Source: Vitrella brassicaformis CCMP3155
Taxonomy: Eukaryota > Protista > Chromerida
Direction: 5' to 3'
NCBI GenBank assembly: GCA_001179505.1
Contig: CDMY01000571.1
Coordinates: 186,001 to 250,000, forward strand
DNA length: 64,000 nucleotides
Numbering within the stretch: the first letter of the stretch is position 1; the number at the start of each line of letters is the position of its first letter. Made by a program: the position numbers and the translations under genes. The notes beneath the pieces were generated by a model. That model saw only the letters and a program-made list of their open reading frames with translations. It did not search any database and was not told the DNA's origin. This document shows positions 62,288 to 64,000 of the stretch, piece after piece.

Positions 62288-64000
62288 TGTGTCTTACTGA
62301 GCATCAGGTCGCAGAGGTGCTTCATGGCCTTGTCCGCCGTGTCAGCACCACCACCATCAGCAGCGACAAGAACTACTCGCCCCCTCAGCGCTCCAATCAG
62401 CCACTCACACAGCTCCCTCTGCACATGCGCCACCGTCATTGCCAGCACGATGCTCGCCCACACCTGAGTGGCGCCACTCAGCAGCTCGCCGCCCCCCTCA
62501 GCAATGGCAGCATGCAGCGACCGCACCAGCAGGGACCCATAGAGCTGCCGCAGCACCGGGGTGATCTGCGCCCCTGCCAGTGCGTCCCTCAACGAGTCGC
62601 GCCTCTCCAAGTTGTCTGTCTCGGAGCTCGACGGCCGTCGCAGCGACAGGCCGAACTGCAGCTGGATGACCCTGTTGTCGAATGGCACCTTGGCAAGGAG
62701 GCCGTCGAGGGAGGCCAGAAACGAGGCCTCTGCAGGGGTGGGTGTGGCTGTGGGTGGCTGTGCTCCGAGGTCACGCAGTAGAGGGAGGGCGGAGTCGCCG
62801 TGGAATGGCGCTGTTGATGTAGAGGGGTGTGGCTGTGGCTGTGGCTGTGAGGGTGAGAGCACTGGGCGGCACGTCGACCAGAGAGCGTAGGTCACTATGT
62901 GAGATCTCGCCTGCAAACACAAGAGCCAGCAGCGCGCGTGTGTGTGTGTGTGTGTGTGTGAGAGGGGTTGGGACCTGCAGCAGCCCGACGGACTGCTTTG
63001 TGATGTCCTCCAGACACCGCGACACGTCACCCCACACCCCACCATCACCAGCGCCACCACCAGCAGCACACCCAAACAGCCACTTCATCAGTGCTGACGG
63101 CTCCAGCCGCCTGTGACACCCACCACGACACACACACGCTCTCCCTCTCTCCCTCTGTCTCTCTGTGGCACTTTTCGCTCACCGAATGGCGGCTGCAAGT
63201 ATGTCCATCGCCCAGCACTGGACCTCCTGGTTGCAGGACGAGAGCAGCTCCACCAGCAGCCGAGAGAAGGGGCCGCCCGACGTCAGCCACGAGGCGATGA
63301 AGCGGTTCGGGAGGAAGTGCGTCAGCTGGGAGAGCAGACACGCCACCTTATACCTGTGAAGACACACACGCGCACCCCACACACACTCCCTCCGTCTCTC
63401 TCTCTCTCTCTGAAGGGTCATTACTTGAGCGTCGCCTTCAACTGCGCGCCCTCCTGGCCCATCTTGGTGGTCGGCAGGAGACACAGCTCGCTCAGCCGGC
63501 CAACCACAGCGGCCTGCCCGAGGGGCACCAATGCGCTCGCCGCCTCGAGCACCGCCCCGCTCTCTCTCCGCCCTCCTCTCTCACCCACGCCCCATGAGAC
63601 CACAGCTAAGGACGGTTCTTGTTGGTCTGTGCGGTCAGCTGTCGCTGATGCGGTTGCGGTGAGGAGTAGGCTGAGTGCGCCGTCGATGACGGCCGTGGTG
63701 GTCTGCAGCTCCTGGACCAGCTGCACCAGCTGCCCGTTGGCTGAACCACACAGGCAACGAGGCACCACACACACAGACACGGACAGAGGTCTCTCTCTGT
63801 CTGTCTGTGTGAGTGTGGGTGTGTCAGTGGTGTGGGTCACCTGACAGCAGAATCGCCTGTGCGAGCAGGTCCCCCAAGCCGCTCTCCCCGCCCAGCAGCT
63901 CGCGGCTCAGCGCCGGCGGCATGTGCCTCGGCGGCGTCCTCAGCAGATTCAGCGCACAATACAGCAGCGGCTGGCTCCTCCTGCCCTCTCCCTCCCCCTC
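58933..64000 (-). CDS. Large Leu/Ala-rich helical (alpha-solenoid-like) hypothetical protein; 5' end beyond window, 3' end uncertain
   Basis: Long open exons (e.g. 60530-62160, 62290-62910) with amphipathic-helix composition, separated by microsatellite introns; no named domain recognised. Confidence 0.6.

Noticed and set aside
2200-63900. Numerous ORFs rich in CVCV, THTH, SLSL or RERE, and ORFs running through N gaps
   Set aside because: They are translations of intronic dinucleotide repeats or unknown bases, not genes.

Overview
Eukaryotic nuclear scaffold segment from a photosynthetic alveolate, most likely the chromerid Vitrella brassicaformis. This is an inference from a plastid LHC gene with a bipartite leader, an apicomplexan-like cathepsin C/DPAP, TTTAGGG motifs and very microsatellite-rich short introns. 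About 20 protein-coding loci are supportable, most multi-exon: two MORN-repeat proteins, an MSS51/ZMYND15-C-like protein, catalase, a SAM methyltransferase, cathepsin C, a mucin-like secreted protein, LHC, a classical SDR, a GRIP-domain golgin, a CCHC zinc-knuckle protein, an MFS transporter, a degenerate SDR and several unknowns. Most ORFs in the supplied track are artefacts of (AC)n/(GT)n/(GA)n repeats. Five 300-N gaps are present. No rRNA, tRNA, CRISPR array or autonomous transposon was recognised. The most notable observations are four. (1) Introns are built as (AC)n/(AG)n...(CT)n/(GT)n self-complementary hairpins, often with (GT)n replacing the polypyrimidine tract. (2) A family of three secreted precursors carries a shared six-Cys domain that is hypervariable behind conserved leaders; one member is an exon-shuffled chimera with the breakpoint inside an intron. 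These genes lie in or beside an inverted segmental duplication bounded by pieces of a frameshifted ankyrin-repeat family. (3) A membrane-anchored modular protein contains four 'acidic spacer-ADNPNF-(RRxL)-Cys-rich' units that resemble a polyprotein precursor. (4) Telomere-like boxes occur in three divergent intergenic regions. Exon boundaries were read by eye and are approximate.
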